Below, piece by piece: positions 1-12,107 of a stretch of 64,000 nt of DNA (position 1 is its first letter; the number at the start of each line of letters is the position of its first letter). The stretch is from assembly GCA_964016885.1 (NCBI GenBank), contig OZ024754.1, positions 30,504,001-30,568,000 on the forward strand, in the 5' to 3' direction. The notes beneath the pieces were generated by a model. That model made no database searches, was not told where the DNA came from, and saw only the letters and a program-made list of their open reading frames with translations. This stretch comes from Eledone cirrhosa. Lineage: Eukaryota. The position numbers were made by a program, and so were the translations under genes.

Positions 1-303
1 GTCTGTATGTGTGTATGTATGTATGTGAGTGTATGTATGTGAGTGCATGAGTGTATGTATGTATGTGTATGTATGTGAGTGTATGTGAGTGTAAGTGTCT
101 GTATGCGTGTTTGTGAGTGCATGTGTATGTGAGCATGTGTATGTATGCGAGTGTATGTGTGTGTATGTGAATGCATGTGTATGTATGTGAGTGTATGCAT
201 ATGCATGCATGTTTGTGAGTGCATGTGTGTGTATGTGAGTGTATGTGTATGTGTCTATGTGTGTTTATGAATGCATGTGTATGTATGTGAGTGTATATGT
301 ATG
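1..303. repeat. Degenerate (TGTA)n/(TG)n microsatellite
   Basis: Continuous gtat/gtgt/gagt units. Confidence 0.95.
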
Positions 304-404
304 AAAGGTTATAATTTTGTCCAAATTATATTTTTGTCCCCTAATATGTAAAGATAACACTGAAATGTGCAAATGCAAAGAATTCTATATTATTTTCTCT
401 CATA

Positions 405-446
405 GCAGTGCCCCAGCGTGGTCGCAGTCTAACGACCGAAACAAGT
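405..446 (+). mobile_element. Isolated 3' end of a SINE (gcagtgccccagcgtggtcgcagtctaacgaccgaaacaagta)
   Basis: Matches the reverse complement of the units tandemly repeated at 42765-43080. Confidence 0.55.
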
Positions 447-570
447 ACGGTGATAATATAGTAAAATGCTCATTTATTACTATATAGTTTTAGTTGTAAA
501 TATATATCTATGTTGTGAAAAATATTCCTTCCTCTCCACTGTGACACGAAAATATCCCCTAGCTCCTTCT

Positions 571-919
571 CATCATCATCATCATCATCATCATCATTTT
601 ACGTCCGCTTTTCCCTGCTTGCAAGGGTGGGACGAGAACTGATTCTGGCTTGATTTCTACAGCTGGATGCCCTTCCTAACACCAACCTCATTTACAGTGA
701 GTGCTGGGTGCTTTTTTGCCGTGGCACCTCCACGACCACTTTGCAGTGGAATGATAGGGACCCCAGTCCCTATCATCTCATTTCTACAGTTGAGTAAACT
801 GGAGCAATGTGAAATAAAGAGTCTTGCTCAAGGAAACAACACATCACCTGGTCTGAGAATTGAACTCACAACCTTTCGATTGCAAGGACTATGCTCTAAC
901 CACTAAGCCATGTGCCTCC
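571..919 (-). mobile_element. tRNA-headed SINE family A (CORE-like domain, RTE-derived body and tail)
   Basis: Minus strand: GGAGGCACATGGCTTAGTGGTTAGAGC (A box), GAGTTCAATTC (B box), CCTTGAGCAAGAC CORE-like motif, then a 3' end cccacccttgcaagcagggaaaagcggacgtaaaa(tga)n shared with the RTE LINE ends at 9313-9383 and 31400-31452. Further copies at 23197 and 60570. Confidence 0.9.
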
Positions 920-963
920 ATCTGTATTATGGAAATGTGTCTCCAACCCATAGTGTATTGGGG

Positions 964-1600
964 CACATATATACAAACATACATACAAACATACATATAT
1001 ACATACAAATCATACTTACATAAATACATATATACATATATACATATATACATAGATACATATAAATATGTATATACATACATACATAAATACATACATA
1101 TATACATAAATGCATATATATACATACACACAAATCATACATACATATATACAAACATACATATATACATACAAATCATACTTACAAAAATACATATATA
1201 CATATATATATACATACATACATAAATACATAGATATATACATAAATGCATATATACATACACACAAATCATACATACATATATACATACAAATCATACT
1301 TACGAAAATACATATATACATATATATATACATACATAAATACATACATATATACATAAATGCATATATACATACACACAAATCATACATATATACAAAA
1401 ATACATATATACATACATACATAAATACATAAATACATATATACATATATACATAAATACATAAATACATATATACATACATATATAATTGTAAGCGACT
1501 ATTCTGAGTTCTTAACTCAATATATATATACATACATACATAAATACATATATACATACATAAATACGTATATAGATAAATGTATATATACATACATAAA
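964..1600. repeat. Compound TACA/TAAA/TA microsatellite with higher-order duplications
   Basis: Blocks such as 'cacacaaatcatacatacatatat...aaatcatacttac' recur 3-4 times. Confidence 0.9.
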
Positions 1601-1882
1601 TATTTTCCTGACGTTTGTACATAACCCTATGTACTATATATACACCTTTTGATGAGTTGTAGTGCACCTGAGCACTGTACACAATATTTCATTATTATTA
1701 TTATAAATATATATATACATACATTCATACATAAATACATATATACATATATACATGCATAAATACATATATACATACATAAGTATACATGCATAAATAC
1801 ATACATACATACATACATACATACATAAGTATACATACTTTGATGTAGCATTAATAACCAGGCAATATATATGGTGCATATA

Positions 1883-1955
1883 CAGGGTGTCCCCCAAAAA
1901 TGTAAACACACTTCAACAGCATTCAAAGTGTGTATATATTTTTTGGGACACCCTG
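1883..1955. mobile_element. Tc1/mariner-like palindromic MITE (73 bp)
   Basis: TA|CAGGGTGTCCCCCAAAAATGTA...TTTTTGGGACACCCTG|TA: terminal inverted repeats with TA flanks. Related copies at 19169-19269 and 61237-61314. Confidence 0.8.
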
Positions 1956-1978
1956 TATATGTGTGTGTACATATATAT

Positions 1979-2010
<32 letters not shown>

Positions 2011-2068
2011 GTACATATATAAATATATATATATATAAATATATATAAATATATATAAATATATATAA

Positions 2069-2112
<44 letters not shown>

Positions 2113-2147
2113 GAAAAGTATAGAAATTATTATATATATATATATAT

Positions 2148-2264
2148 AGGAACAAGTATGACCCCGACGGCAGAGCTCAAGCTGTTTCGACGACTATTTC
2201 AATACTAAGTATTGAGTACTTTGGTGCGTTATGGTCCATCTGGTGGCTTACCACAATTCCTTCG

Positions 2265-2265
<1 letters not shown>
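2148..2265. mobile_element. Short internally inverted repeat (family P1, probable Penelope-like pLTR remnant)
   Basis: accccgacggcagagctcaagctgtttcga and taagtattgagtactttggtgcgttatggtccatctgg match parts of 5220-5352 in opposite relative orientation. Confidence 0.6.
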
Positions 2266-2298
<33 letters not shown>

Positions 2299-2579
2299 GC
2301 ATATATGTATATATATATATGTAGACTCTGCGGTACTGTGATGAAGGAGACCACTGATTATATATACATATCATCATCATCATCATCATCATCATTTTAT
2401 GTCCATATATATATATATATATATATATACACTCACACACACATATATATATATACATATGCATGTATGAACGTATATGTTTATATATATGTATGTGTGT
2501 GTATATATATATGTATGTATATATGTATATATATATATATGTGTCTGTGTGTGTATGCATATGTACATATATATATGTG

Positions 2580-2628
<49 letters not shown>

Positions 2629-2648
2629 ACATATATGTATATATATAT

Positions 2649-2732
<84 letters not shown>

Positions 2733-2735
2733 ACA

Positions 2736-2823
<88 letters not shown>

Positions 2824-3056
2824 GTATCCATACACACACACACGCAGAACTGTCCCGAGACAAGAAATGTGTTTTCCTCCTTACTACTGTTTATTGATCT
2901 GATATCTAAACACATGTACAGACACTGTCAGATGATGCTCTCCCTTACACACATAACATACTTACATATCTATGCATACATATATCTATACATATACAGA
3001 TATATATATATATAAATATACATATATATACATACATCTATCTATTTATCTATCTA

Positions 3057-3088
<32 letters not shown>

Positions 3089-3126
3089 CATATATATATA
3101 CATATATGTATACATATATGTATACA

Positions 3127-3157
<31 letters not shown>

Positions 3158-3212
3158 TTATTTATATATATATATATATATATTTATTTATATATATATA
3201 TATATATTTATT

Positions 3213-3267
<55 letters not shown>

Positions 3268-3272
<5 letters not shown>

Positions 3273-3350
3273 ATAAATATTTGCTCTACTGTAAATATAT
3301 TTATCCTTATCGAGCCCTCTTTGGATTTTAGTCTTCTAATTTATTATTAT

Positions 3351-3356
<6 letters not shown>
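3268..3356 (+). mobile_element. Short repeat family P2 embedded in (TA)n
   Basis: ttatccttatcgagccctctttggattttagtcttc...tattattattacta is the reverse complement of sequence at 20133, 23024 and 41705. Confidence 0.65.
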
Positions 3357-3396
<40 letters not shown>

Positions 3397-3416
3397 CTAT
3401 CTATCTATCTCTCTCA

Positions 3417-3471
<55 letters not shown>

Positions 3472-3609
3472 CACTACACACACACTCACACACATATATA
3501 CATATTTAAACACACTTGTTTTATATTGAATATAAACATATATTAACACATCTGTGCATACATTATCATGGGAATATACATAAACACATATATATATATA
3601 TATATATAA

Positions 3610-3642
<33 letters not shown>

Positions 3643-4019
3643 CTTACACTAATATACTGAACAATTAAAGATATACATTTACACAAATGCATATATTAAT
3701 GCCACACTCATAAAGACTGGATATATACCCACTGAAAATGACTTACACTACACATTCAACTACTTTCAATACACACACACATATATACACATACACACAA
3801 TCATGCATATATATATATATATACACATACACCCATTTATAGTATGCACGTACATTTACTTGTAATATAGAGATATGTTTATATAAAGTGCACTTGCACC
3901 AATCTTGAGAATACGACAAGCACAGACACATATACACCCACTGATGTATGTCTAATACACACAAACATATATATATATATATTTATATATTTATATTTAT
4001 ACACACACACGAATACATA

Positions 4020-4072
<53 letters not shown>

Positions 4073-4115
4073 ATATATGTATATATGTATATATCATCAT
4101 CACCGTTTTATGTAT

Positions 4116-4541
4116 ATATCATCATCCGTTCTTCCACGCTAGCATGGGTTAGACGGGTTTCCCTCTTGTGGGCAGTGTCCGGTCGGCTGACCTTGTCTTG
4201 CTCATACGGGAACTGATTCTGGCTTGATTTCTACAGCTGGATCCCTTTCCTAACACCAACCTCATTTACAGTGAGTGCTGGGTGCTTTTTTTCCGTGGTG
4301 CCTACATGTCCACTTTACAGTGTGGGCTGGATGCTTTTTTGCTGTGGCACCTCCACGACCACTTTGCAGTGTAATGATTGGGACCCCAGTCCTATCATCT
4401 CATTTCTACAGCTGAGTAAACTGGAGCAATGTGAAATAAAGTGTCTTGCTCAAGGAAACAACACATCACCCGGTCAGAGAATTGAACTCACAACCTTTCG
4501 ATTGAAAGCCCACTGCTCTAACCACTAAGCCATGTGCCTCC
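4116..4541 (-). mobile_element. SINE family A variant with an alternative RTE-type 3' tail
   Basis: Same tRNA head/CORE-like domain as 571-919, but ends aacccgtctaacccatgctagcgtggaagaacgga(tga)n and has an internally duplicated 'cagcccacactgtaaagtgg' module. Confidence 0.85.
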
Positions 4542-4573
<32 letters not shown>

Positions 4574-4602
4574 TGTATAAATATGTGTATATATATATGT
4601 TT

Positions 4603-4892
4603 CTGTAAAGTTATGTTGGTAGCAGAACATCCAGTCTAAAGGGGTCGTGTAGGTGTCACAACAAAATACACACAGTCCACGCTGTAATGTGGCCGTGTAG
4701 GTAACATGGTAAAAACCTCCCAGTCTCCACTGTAAACGTGGTTGGTGTTAGGAAGGGCATCCAGCCATAGAAAACCTACCAGACAGTCCTACACGAGCGA
4801 GACACGGTCTCCCAACCAATCTTGCCTCAAGTGGGACCATTCCCGTCTAAACCCATGCTAGTGTGGAAGATAGATGTTAAACGATGATGATG

Positions 4893-4898
<6 letters not shown>
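4603..4898 (+). mobile_element. RTE family A 3' UTR fragment
   Basis: Homologous to 27335-27750; ends in a (TGA)n tail. Confidence 0.85.
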
Positions 4899-4943
<45 letters not shown>

Positions 4944-4944
<1 letters not shown>

Positions 4945-5352
4945 GGAAAATGTTTAACCCCGACGGCAGAGCTCAAGCCATTTCAACGGCTATTTCTGGA
5001 CTAAATTAGAATTTTTAACGTGGTAATAAATAGCCAAACTTTTCAAGGGGTAATTCCTTATATGGGAAGATTGTAGTTGTCAAAAAGATTGGTCAAAATT
5101 TCTTGTAAACACAATTAAATCTTTCATGGCAGTGGGTAGGAGGTGGAGGTGGCTGAACTTGCCTGTAGAACAGTGAGGGAGTGGGTGGAGCCAGTCAAGC
5201 TAAAAATTCTAATTTAGTCCAGAAATAGCCGTCGAAACGGCTTGAGCTCTGCTGTCGGGGTTAAACATTTTCCTATTACCCACTCTACTACCCTAAGTAT
5301 TGAGTACTCTGGTGCATTATGGTCCATCTGGTTCCTTACCACACCTCCTTCG
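4944..5352. mobile_element. Family P1 element with ~75-bp inverted repeat
   Basis: 4944-5017 is the reverse complement of 5201-5274; flanked by (TA)n on both sides. Confidence 0.7.
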
Positions 5353-5479
5353 TTATATATATATATATATATATCATCATCGTTTTTACGTCCTTATATA
5401 TATATTTATATATATGTGTGTGTGTACTCTTTCAAACAAAAATATATGTTTTTACATTCCATCTTTCAAAGAACAGCTA

Positions 5480-6545
5480 ACAATAATAATAATAATAATT
5501 GTTTCTACTTTTGGCACAAGGCCAGCAATTACCCAGTGCATTACTGGTACTTTATTTTATCGACCCCGTAAGGATGAAAGGCAAAGTCAACCTCGGCGGG
5601 ATTTGAACTCAGATCGTAAAGGGACGTAACTATGCTGGAAAGCATGGCGTCCGACTCTCTACCGATACTGCCAATCCACCGCCCTTATAATTATAATAAT
5701 AATAATAATAATAATTGTTTCTACATTTGGCACAAGGACAGCAATTTTCAGGGGAGGTGACTGGTACTTTATTTTAGTGCAAAGAATATTGATAAAATTA
5801 AATAATTGTTTCTACATTTGGCACAAGGCCAGCAATTACCCAGTACATTACTGGTACTTTATTTTATCGACCTCGTAAGGATGAAAGGCAAAGTTAACCT
5901 CGGCGGGATTTGAACTCAGATCGTAAAGGGACGTAACTATGCTGGAAAGCATGGCGTCCGACCCTCTACCATTAATTAAATAATTGTTTCTACTTTAGGC
6001 ACAAGGCCAGCAATTACCCAGTGCATTACTGGTACTTTATTTTATCGACCCCGTAAGGATGAAAGGCAAAGTCAACCTCGGCGGGATTTGAACTCAGATC
6101 GTAAAGGGACGTAACTATGCTGGAAAGCATGGCGTCCGACCCTCTACCGATACTGCCAATCCACCGCTTAAATAATGATAAAAAAACATAACAGCAATAA
6201 TAATGCTTATTAATGGTTTTTGATTTTGGCACAAGGCCGGCAATTTTGGGGCAGGGAAAGTGCATTACTGGTACTTTATTTTATCAGTCCCGTAGGGATG
6301 AAAGGCAAAGTTAACCTTGGCAGGAATTGAACTGAGAACGTAAAGGGCGGTAACTCTATGCTGCAAAACATGGCGTCTGATGCTCTACTGATACTGTCAA
6401 TCCACCGCATGGGTTTTAATTTAGGCACAAGGCCAGCAATTTTGGGGCCGGGGAAAAGACGATTAAATCGAACCCAGTACATTACTGGTACTTTATTTTA
6501 ACAGTCCTGTAAGGATGAAAGGCGAAGCTAACTTCGGCGAGGTAT
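5480..6545 (-). mobile_element. Head-to-tail cluster of ~6 tRNA-headed SINE family B copies (Meta/MESC-like domain, ATT tail)
   Basis: Minus strand: ggcggtggattggcagtatcggtagag...GAGTTCAAATCCC (B box) gccgaggttgactttgcctttcatccttacggggtcgataaaataaagtacc...ggccttgtgccaaaagtagaaaca(att)n. Units at about 5500-5685, 5715-5772, 5805-5970, 5985-6168, 6215-6408, 6412-6543. Confidence 0.9.
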
Positions 6546-6656
6546 TAATAGTATTAATAGTAATAATAATATTTGCCAGAGGAGTGTCAGATGAAGGTGA
6601 CATTACAAAGAGTGATTCCTTTGTTGAAATATAACAATGTTGAATATTATTATACA

Positions 6657-6718
6657 TCTTTCTCTCTCTTTCACTAACTGGCTCGCACTCTCTCATTTAC
6701 TCCCTCTCTCTCTCTTTC

Positions 6719-6749
<31 letters not shown>

Positions 6750-6955
6750 TTATCTCTCTCTCTCTCTCTCTCACTTATTCAATCTCTTATTTACTCATTA
6801 GCTTTCCCTCAATCTCTCTCACTCACACTTACACACACACACACTCTCTCTCTCTCTCCCTTTCTGTCTCTCTCATTCTCCCACTTATATACATACACGC
6901 CCACAAATTCACTCTCTCTCTCTCTCACTTCCTCACTCTCACACTCTCACCTTCC
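6657..6955. repeat. (CT)n/(CA)n microsatellite
   Basis: CT and CA runs. Confidence 0.9.
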
Positions 6956-7148
6956 TGAAAAGTCATTGACCTTTTTTAGGTTCCCATCTTCCAGCACCCT
7001 CCTCCCCTCCCCATCTAATCCTTTATTCAAAATATCTGTTAATTATTTTCAATAATTTCAATAATCTATCTGTTATTTTCATATTTTCAGTAATACTGCA
7101 TTTTTTAAAAATTATTTTTAGATTTTGTATGTATTATATCTGTTCATT

Positions 7149-7181
<33 letters not shown>

Positions 7182-7779
7182 TTAGGAAATTCTCTATGCA
7201 ATTTTTAATCAAAACCGTTTACCCCCCCCCCCCAACATCCCCCCCTCCCCCAACACCCCCCCACCTGCAAAAAAAACAACAACAACAAAAAAAAACCACA
7301 AAATTCAAAGAAATTAAAATGCAACCAATTTGATAAGTTGTTAATAAATCAGTTTATTTCATATAGTTTGCTTCATTGAATTTCATTTATATGAAATTTA
7401 ATATGTATTTACCAGTGAAATAGTTTATTTAAAGATTGACAAAAAAATATATATGTTAATGCTTTCAAAACTGTACACATTACACATTAATTTCGTAAAT
7501 TTTCTCTATTATTTGATATATTCCTTCACATTCTTTCTGGTTTCATTCATAGTAGTTGTTATTTTGTTTTATTTTTCAAGTCTGGTACATATTTTACTAC
7601 TCTTTTTTTTTTTTGTCGAATCACAAAGTTATGGGACAGAAACAAGCAGACACAGACAAAAACACATACACATATACACGTGCACACACCCACACACACA
7701 CGTTTTCTCTACTATTCTTCACCTATATATACATATATGATCATCATCATTGTTTAATGTCACTTTACATGCTAACAGT

Positions 7780-8860
7780 CAGAGAGACAAGATCAGGGTG
7801 TATAAAGGAGCTAGAACCAAATGGGCAAAGATTGCAGAAAATGATGCAAAAGGAACTTGCCTCATGTATAGGAGCAAATTTTGGAACAGAATAGAAAGGA
7901 TTAGGAATAAGGCAAATAAAATAAACTCATAGTATGATAGCAATAAATACCAGAGTGTAATGTTCGTCAATACAACCCCTTGAGGTGAACTAGCTTACAG
8001 ATTTAGAAGGGCTCTAGACAAGTTCAAATTAAATATTAAGATAGTTGAAAGACCAGGTATTCCCATAAAAACCCTAATTAGCAAAACATTCCCATTTCAA
8101 AGACTCCCTGTGCTGATAGAAAATGCATAGTCTGCAAGCTAGGAACATAGTATATAGCATAAGATGTACTGAGGGACAGTGTAGGAATAAGAATATAACA
8201 CACATAGGTGAAACAACCCGTAACATAGGAGAAAGGATAAGTGAACACTGGCGAGAACTCCAGGATGGGAAAATCTCATCAGTACTCCACCAACACGCCA
8301 AAATAGAATATAGAGGCACATTAGACAACATAGAGATAAAAATGATATCCACACACTGAAAAGATACAATGCTCAGACAAATCACAGAGGCAACAAATAT
8401 AAACAAACTCCAACCAAAATTAAACATGAGTGGAATAGCAACATCACAACTAGTAATTAAGGACAAAATGAAGACATACAGACACACACAAAAATCAAAC
8501 TAAGAAAACAAATCAGACACACACAGATAGAACAAACAACCAACTAATGACAAGTACATAAACACATAAATAAAGAAATAAAAACACCTACACACACCCG
8601 GACGTAATGCGCAAACTAAGCACACAACACACAAAAACAAGATGGTGTAGGACAGAACAAAGGAGAGACACACAAAATAAAACCCTAGTCACTGATGAGG
8701 TCACAGAATGTGTGACAAAAGAGCTTTGACAATATATAAACAACCTTCCAGTTATTGAACCAACCAACCAACTGGAAACTTATAAAATATTGAAGTAAAA
8801 ACCAACAGGTGCGTGTGTTTTTATTGGCAGCATGACCCTCCCAAAGTATAACAATATATA
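7780..8860 (+). mobile_element. Penelope-like element, 3' portion (degenerate linker + GIY-YIG endonuclease + pLTR)
   Basis: 8123-8359 translates NIVYSIRC..CR..HIGETTRNIGERISEH..SSVLHQH (GIY-YIG of PLEs). Upstream SVMFVNTTP*GELA..IKIVERPG with stops. Hammerhead-like motif downstream. Confidence 0.85.
8688..8730 (+). ncRNA. Minimal type-I hammerhead ribozyme (degenerate)
   Basis: gtca-CTGATGA-g-GTCACA gaatg TGTGAC-AAAA (GAAA with G>A)-gagc-TT-tgac; stems I and II pair; lies in the PLE 3' region. Confidence 0.65.
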
Positions 8861-8867
8861 TATAAGA

Positions 8868-9350
8868 AGAAGGGTTTCTCCCTGCGTACGAAAGGCCGGT
8901 TGTATGATGCCTGTGTGAGGAGCGCGATGCTGCATGGTAGTGAGACATGGGTAGCAACTGCAGAGGATATGCGACGGCTGGAGAGAAATGAGGCAAGCAT
9001 GCTCCGTTGGATGTGCAGTGTAAATGTGCGTGAACGACCCAGCATAAATGTGTTGAGAGAGAAACTGTGTCTGAGAGGGATAGAATGTAGTGTACGGGAG
9101 AGGAGACTGAGGTGGTATGGACATGTCATGCGCATGGAGGATGACCGATGGGTGAAGAAGTGCCAGGAAATGCCAGTTGAAGGAAGACGTGGTAGAGGTA
9201 GACCACGAAAAACATGGGCGGAGGTGGTGAGAACAGACCTCAGATCATTGAAGCTCACGGTGGAGATGACGAAGGACCGTGACGAGTGGAGAGATGCTGT
9301 GCTGAATAAGACCCGTCCCACCCTTGCAAGCAGGGAAAAGCGGATGTAAA

Positions 9351-9383
<33 letters not shown>
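8868..9383 (+). mobile_element. RTE family B, 5'-truncated copy (RT C-terminus, open)
   Basis: YDACVRSAMLHGSETW..RRLRWYGHVMRM..GRGRPRKTW; (TGA)n tail. Confidence 0.95.
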
Positions 9384-9448
<65 letters not shown>

Positions 9449-9451
9449 TAA

Positions 9452-9977
9452 TTATCAGTGAAGGAAGGTTCTCTGATAGCATAATAGCTAGAATAAGGAT
9501 AGGATGGAAAAAGTTCAGAGAGCTACTTCCATTGTTGACCACAAAAGGTTTCACCTTACGTACAAAAGGACGACTGTATGATGCCTGTGTGCAAAGTGTG
9601 ATGCTGCATGGTAGTAAAACATGGGCTGTAACTGCATAGGACCTGTGTAGCCTGGAGAGAAATAAACCAACCATGCTTTGTTAAATGTGAGATAAAGGCA
9701 GAGCAAGAGAGAAGACTGCATTTGTACAGACAGGTGATACACATGGATGATGATTGCTGGGTGAAGAAATGCCAGGAAATGCTAATTGTAGGAAGCCAGA
9801 GCAAAGGTAGACCAAGAAAGACCTTGGCAGAGGTGGTGAGAACCAACATCAAATCACTGAGACTCACAGAGGAGATGACAAAAGATCGGAGCAAGTGGAG
9901 AGATGCTGTGCTGTAAAGGACCTGTCCAACCCATGGAAGTGTGGAAAAAATGAACATAAAAACAATGATGATGATGA
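9452..9977 (+). mobile_element. Degenerate RTE 3' fragment
   Basis: ARIRIGWKKFRELLPLL..GRPRKTLAEVV with stops and a deletion; TGA tail. Confidence 0.9.
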
Positions 9978-10062
9978 CACATATATTAATGGGTTTCTGC
10001 AGTTTCTGTCAAATTTCAATCACAAGGCATTAGTCTGTCCAAGGCTAGAGAAGAAGGTACTT

Positions 10063-10253
10063 TGTGGATGATGATGGTGGTGGTGGTGTTGTTGGTGGTA
10101 ATGTTGTTGTTGGTAGTGGAAGTGTTGTTATTGTTGTTGGTGGTGGTAGTGTTGTTCTTGGTAATGGTGGTGGTCTTGATGGTAGTGTTGTTGTTGTTGT
10201 TGGTAATGGTAGTGTTGTTGGTGGTGACAGTGGTGGGAGCAGTGGTGGTGGTC
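10063..10253. repeat. (TGG/TGT)n trinucleotide repeat
   Basis: Mixed TGG/TGT/TAG triplets. Confidence 0.9.
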
Positions 10254-10454
10254 ATTAAAATGAAAGTAATGCCATTGCAGTATTTGTTCTGGCTCTTTAC
10301 ATTTAAAACATATTTTATATTCCAAGTTTTATTAAGTAGGGTTAGATTTGAACCAACCTATCAAATATGGAGTCATTGTATAGAGAATATAAATTATCTA
10401 TATCTTAGAAAATGCAGAAATCTCAAACACGGAACATAACTGTAAACATATTCA

Positions 10455-11013
10455 ATGTACAATGAAAATGTGAGAGAAAGGCAGAGCTTGGTTGAAGTGA
10501 GAGAGAAACTGGGTTTAAGAGGAATCCAAAGTGGTGTGAAAAAGAAAAGACTGCTTTGGAATAGACATGTGATGCATATGAATGATAGTCACTGCAAACC
10601 TACCAACCTTTAAAAACCCAAACGGGGAGTGCCATGAAAAAAAAGTACCCAAAAACGGGGAGAAATGAGGTAAAATGGGGAGATTTTATATAATAAAAGC
10701 TATACACATTTTCACAAGAGAAGACATCTCTCACCCACCCCAAAGTGGGTGGGTGATCTCTCTGTTGGACGGGGAGAGTTGACAGGTCTGTCAGTGGGTA
10801 AAGAAGTGCCAGGAAACCTCAGTGGAAGGAAGCCACAGAGGAGGTAGACCAAGAAAGACCTTGGTAGAGGAGGTGGGAACTGATTTCAAATTGCTGAGAC
10901 TCACAGAGGAGATGTCGAAGGAACATGACAAGTGGAGAGATGCTGTATTGTAAACGATCTGCCCAATCCGTGCAAGCATGGAAAAATAGATGTAAAAATT
11001 GTGATGATGATGA
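10455..11013 (+). mobile_element. Degenerate RTE 3' fragment interrupted by a MITE
   Basis: Homologous to 9020-9360; split at 10595-10790. Confidence 0.8.
10595..10790. mobile_element. Unclassified non-autonomous DNA transposon nested in RTE
   Basis: Imperfect TIRs CAAACCTACCAAC / GTTGACAGGTCTG; flanks tcactg / tcagtg (6-bp TSD, one mismatch); internal hairpin tcacccaccc-caaa-gtgggtgggtga. Confidence 0.65.
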
Positions 11014-12107
11014 TAGTCGTTTGCTATAAATAATAGCTTAGAAAATCAGGTAAAAAACTTAATAGCTGGGAAAAAGGGGCCAGACACTGCTATAAAGAAT
11101 TGAACTTTGTATCTTTCAAATTCTGGCTGAATGCTCTGTATGATTGAGCTAAATGACCTCTCACATTTGATAACTTATTTTGTTTAATTACCAACCTTTG
11201 AACTCAAAAGTTATTAGCAGATTTGAAACTTTTATTTATGCTATTAACCAATTTTAAGGAACTGTCTTTCTTTGATAAACAATTACCACACAATTTAATC
11301 ATCCATCTACCTCTCTGTAAATAATTATTGTCTAGTTTTAGACAATGAACAGTTTCATTTTAAATAATTATTAGATAGTTTTAAGTGCACACTTCCTTGT
11401 TCTAAGCAATTATCAAGCAGTTTTAATGAGTCATTTATGTATTTTAAGCAATTACTAACCAATTTTAAGTGGTCATTTGTTTAATTTAATCAAATAGTTA
11501 TTTAAAAATTAAAAATTAAAAAAATTGATTTCATAATATAATGTGTATTTCTTAATTATTTGAAACACTGTTCATTTGTTCAATTAAAAAAATAATGTTT
11601 AAACTGCATCAGAAATAGAATACAGAAAGTAACCAAGTCATTCACTTGTTAAATAAATTGTGTGATGAATTAGCAGAGTTTTTAGAGAATATAAAAAGTT
11701 ACATTCTCATATTTGTTCTGGATCTCTGCATTCTGAATTCATCAAGGCCAGGTGGGTTGGCAGTAATCGGTAGAGCATCTGACACTATGCTTCACAGCAT
11801 AGAGTTCTGTCCATTGAGGGTACTGCCCATAGTTCTTTTCTGTACTCAGCCATTTGTCTGGCTCCCTATTGGTATAGTTACAAAACAGAAAAGAAGGGAA
11901 AAGCAATTCATCAGATCAGATGAAAGAAACAATGTTTCTATTGGTTTTTCCAATGCTTACACTACCTGGTAGTTGTACTTTCTGGCAGAAGGAGATGGGA
12001 TTTGAACTCAGAAAACACACAGACAGAGATGGATCAGATGCTGCATAACACCCTGTCTGTCTCTTTAACAATTCTGCTAATTCACTGGCCGAATTAATTA
12101 ACTATAA

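Larger units (their letters stand above)
1956..4090. repeat. Large (TA)n/(CA)n/(CT)n microsatellite field with small embedded repeats
   Basis: Long TA runs; source of the spurious YI/HT-repeat ORFs. Confidence 0.9.

Noticed and set aside
1645-1692. Hammerhead-like TTGATGAG..stem..AATATTTC
   Set aside because: Both conserved boxes are altered and stem I does not pair; too degenerate to call.
860-4216. Dozens of YI/HT/CV-rich ORFs (also at 13023-13800, 17610-18263, 31509-31918, 55217-57202)
   Set aside because: Translations of stop-free TA/CA/TACA microsatellites; open in several frames and both strands.
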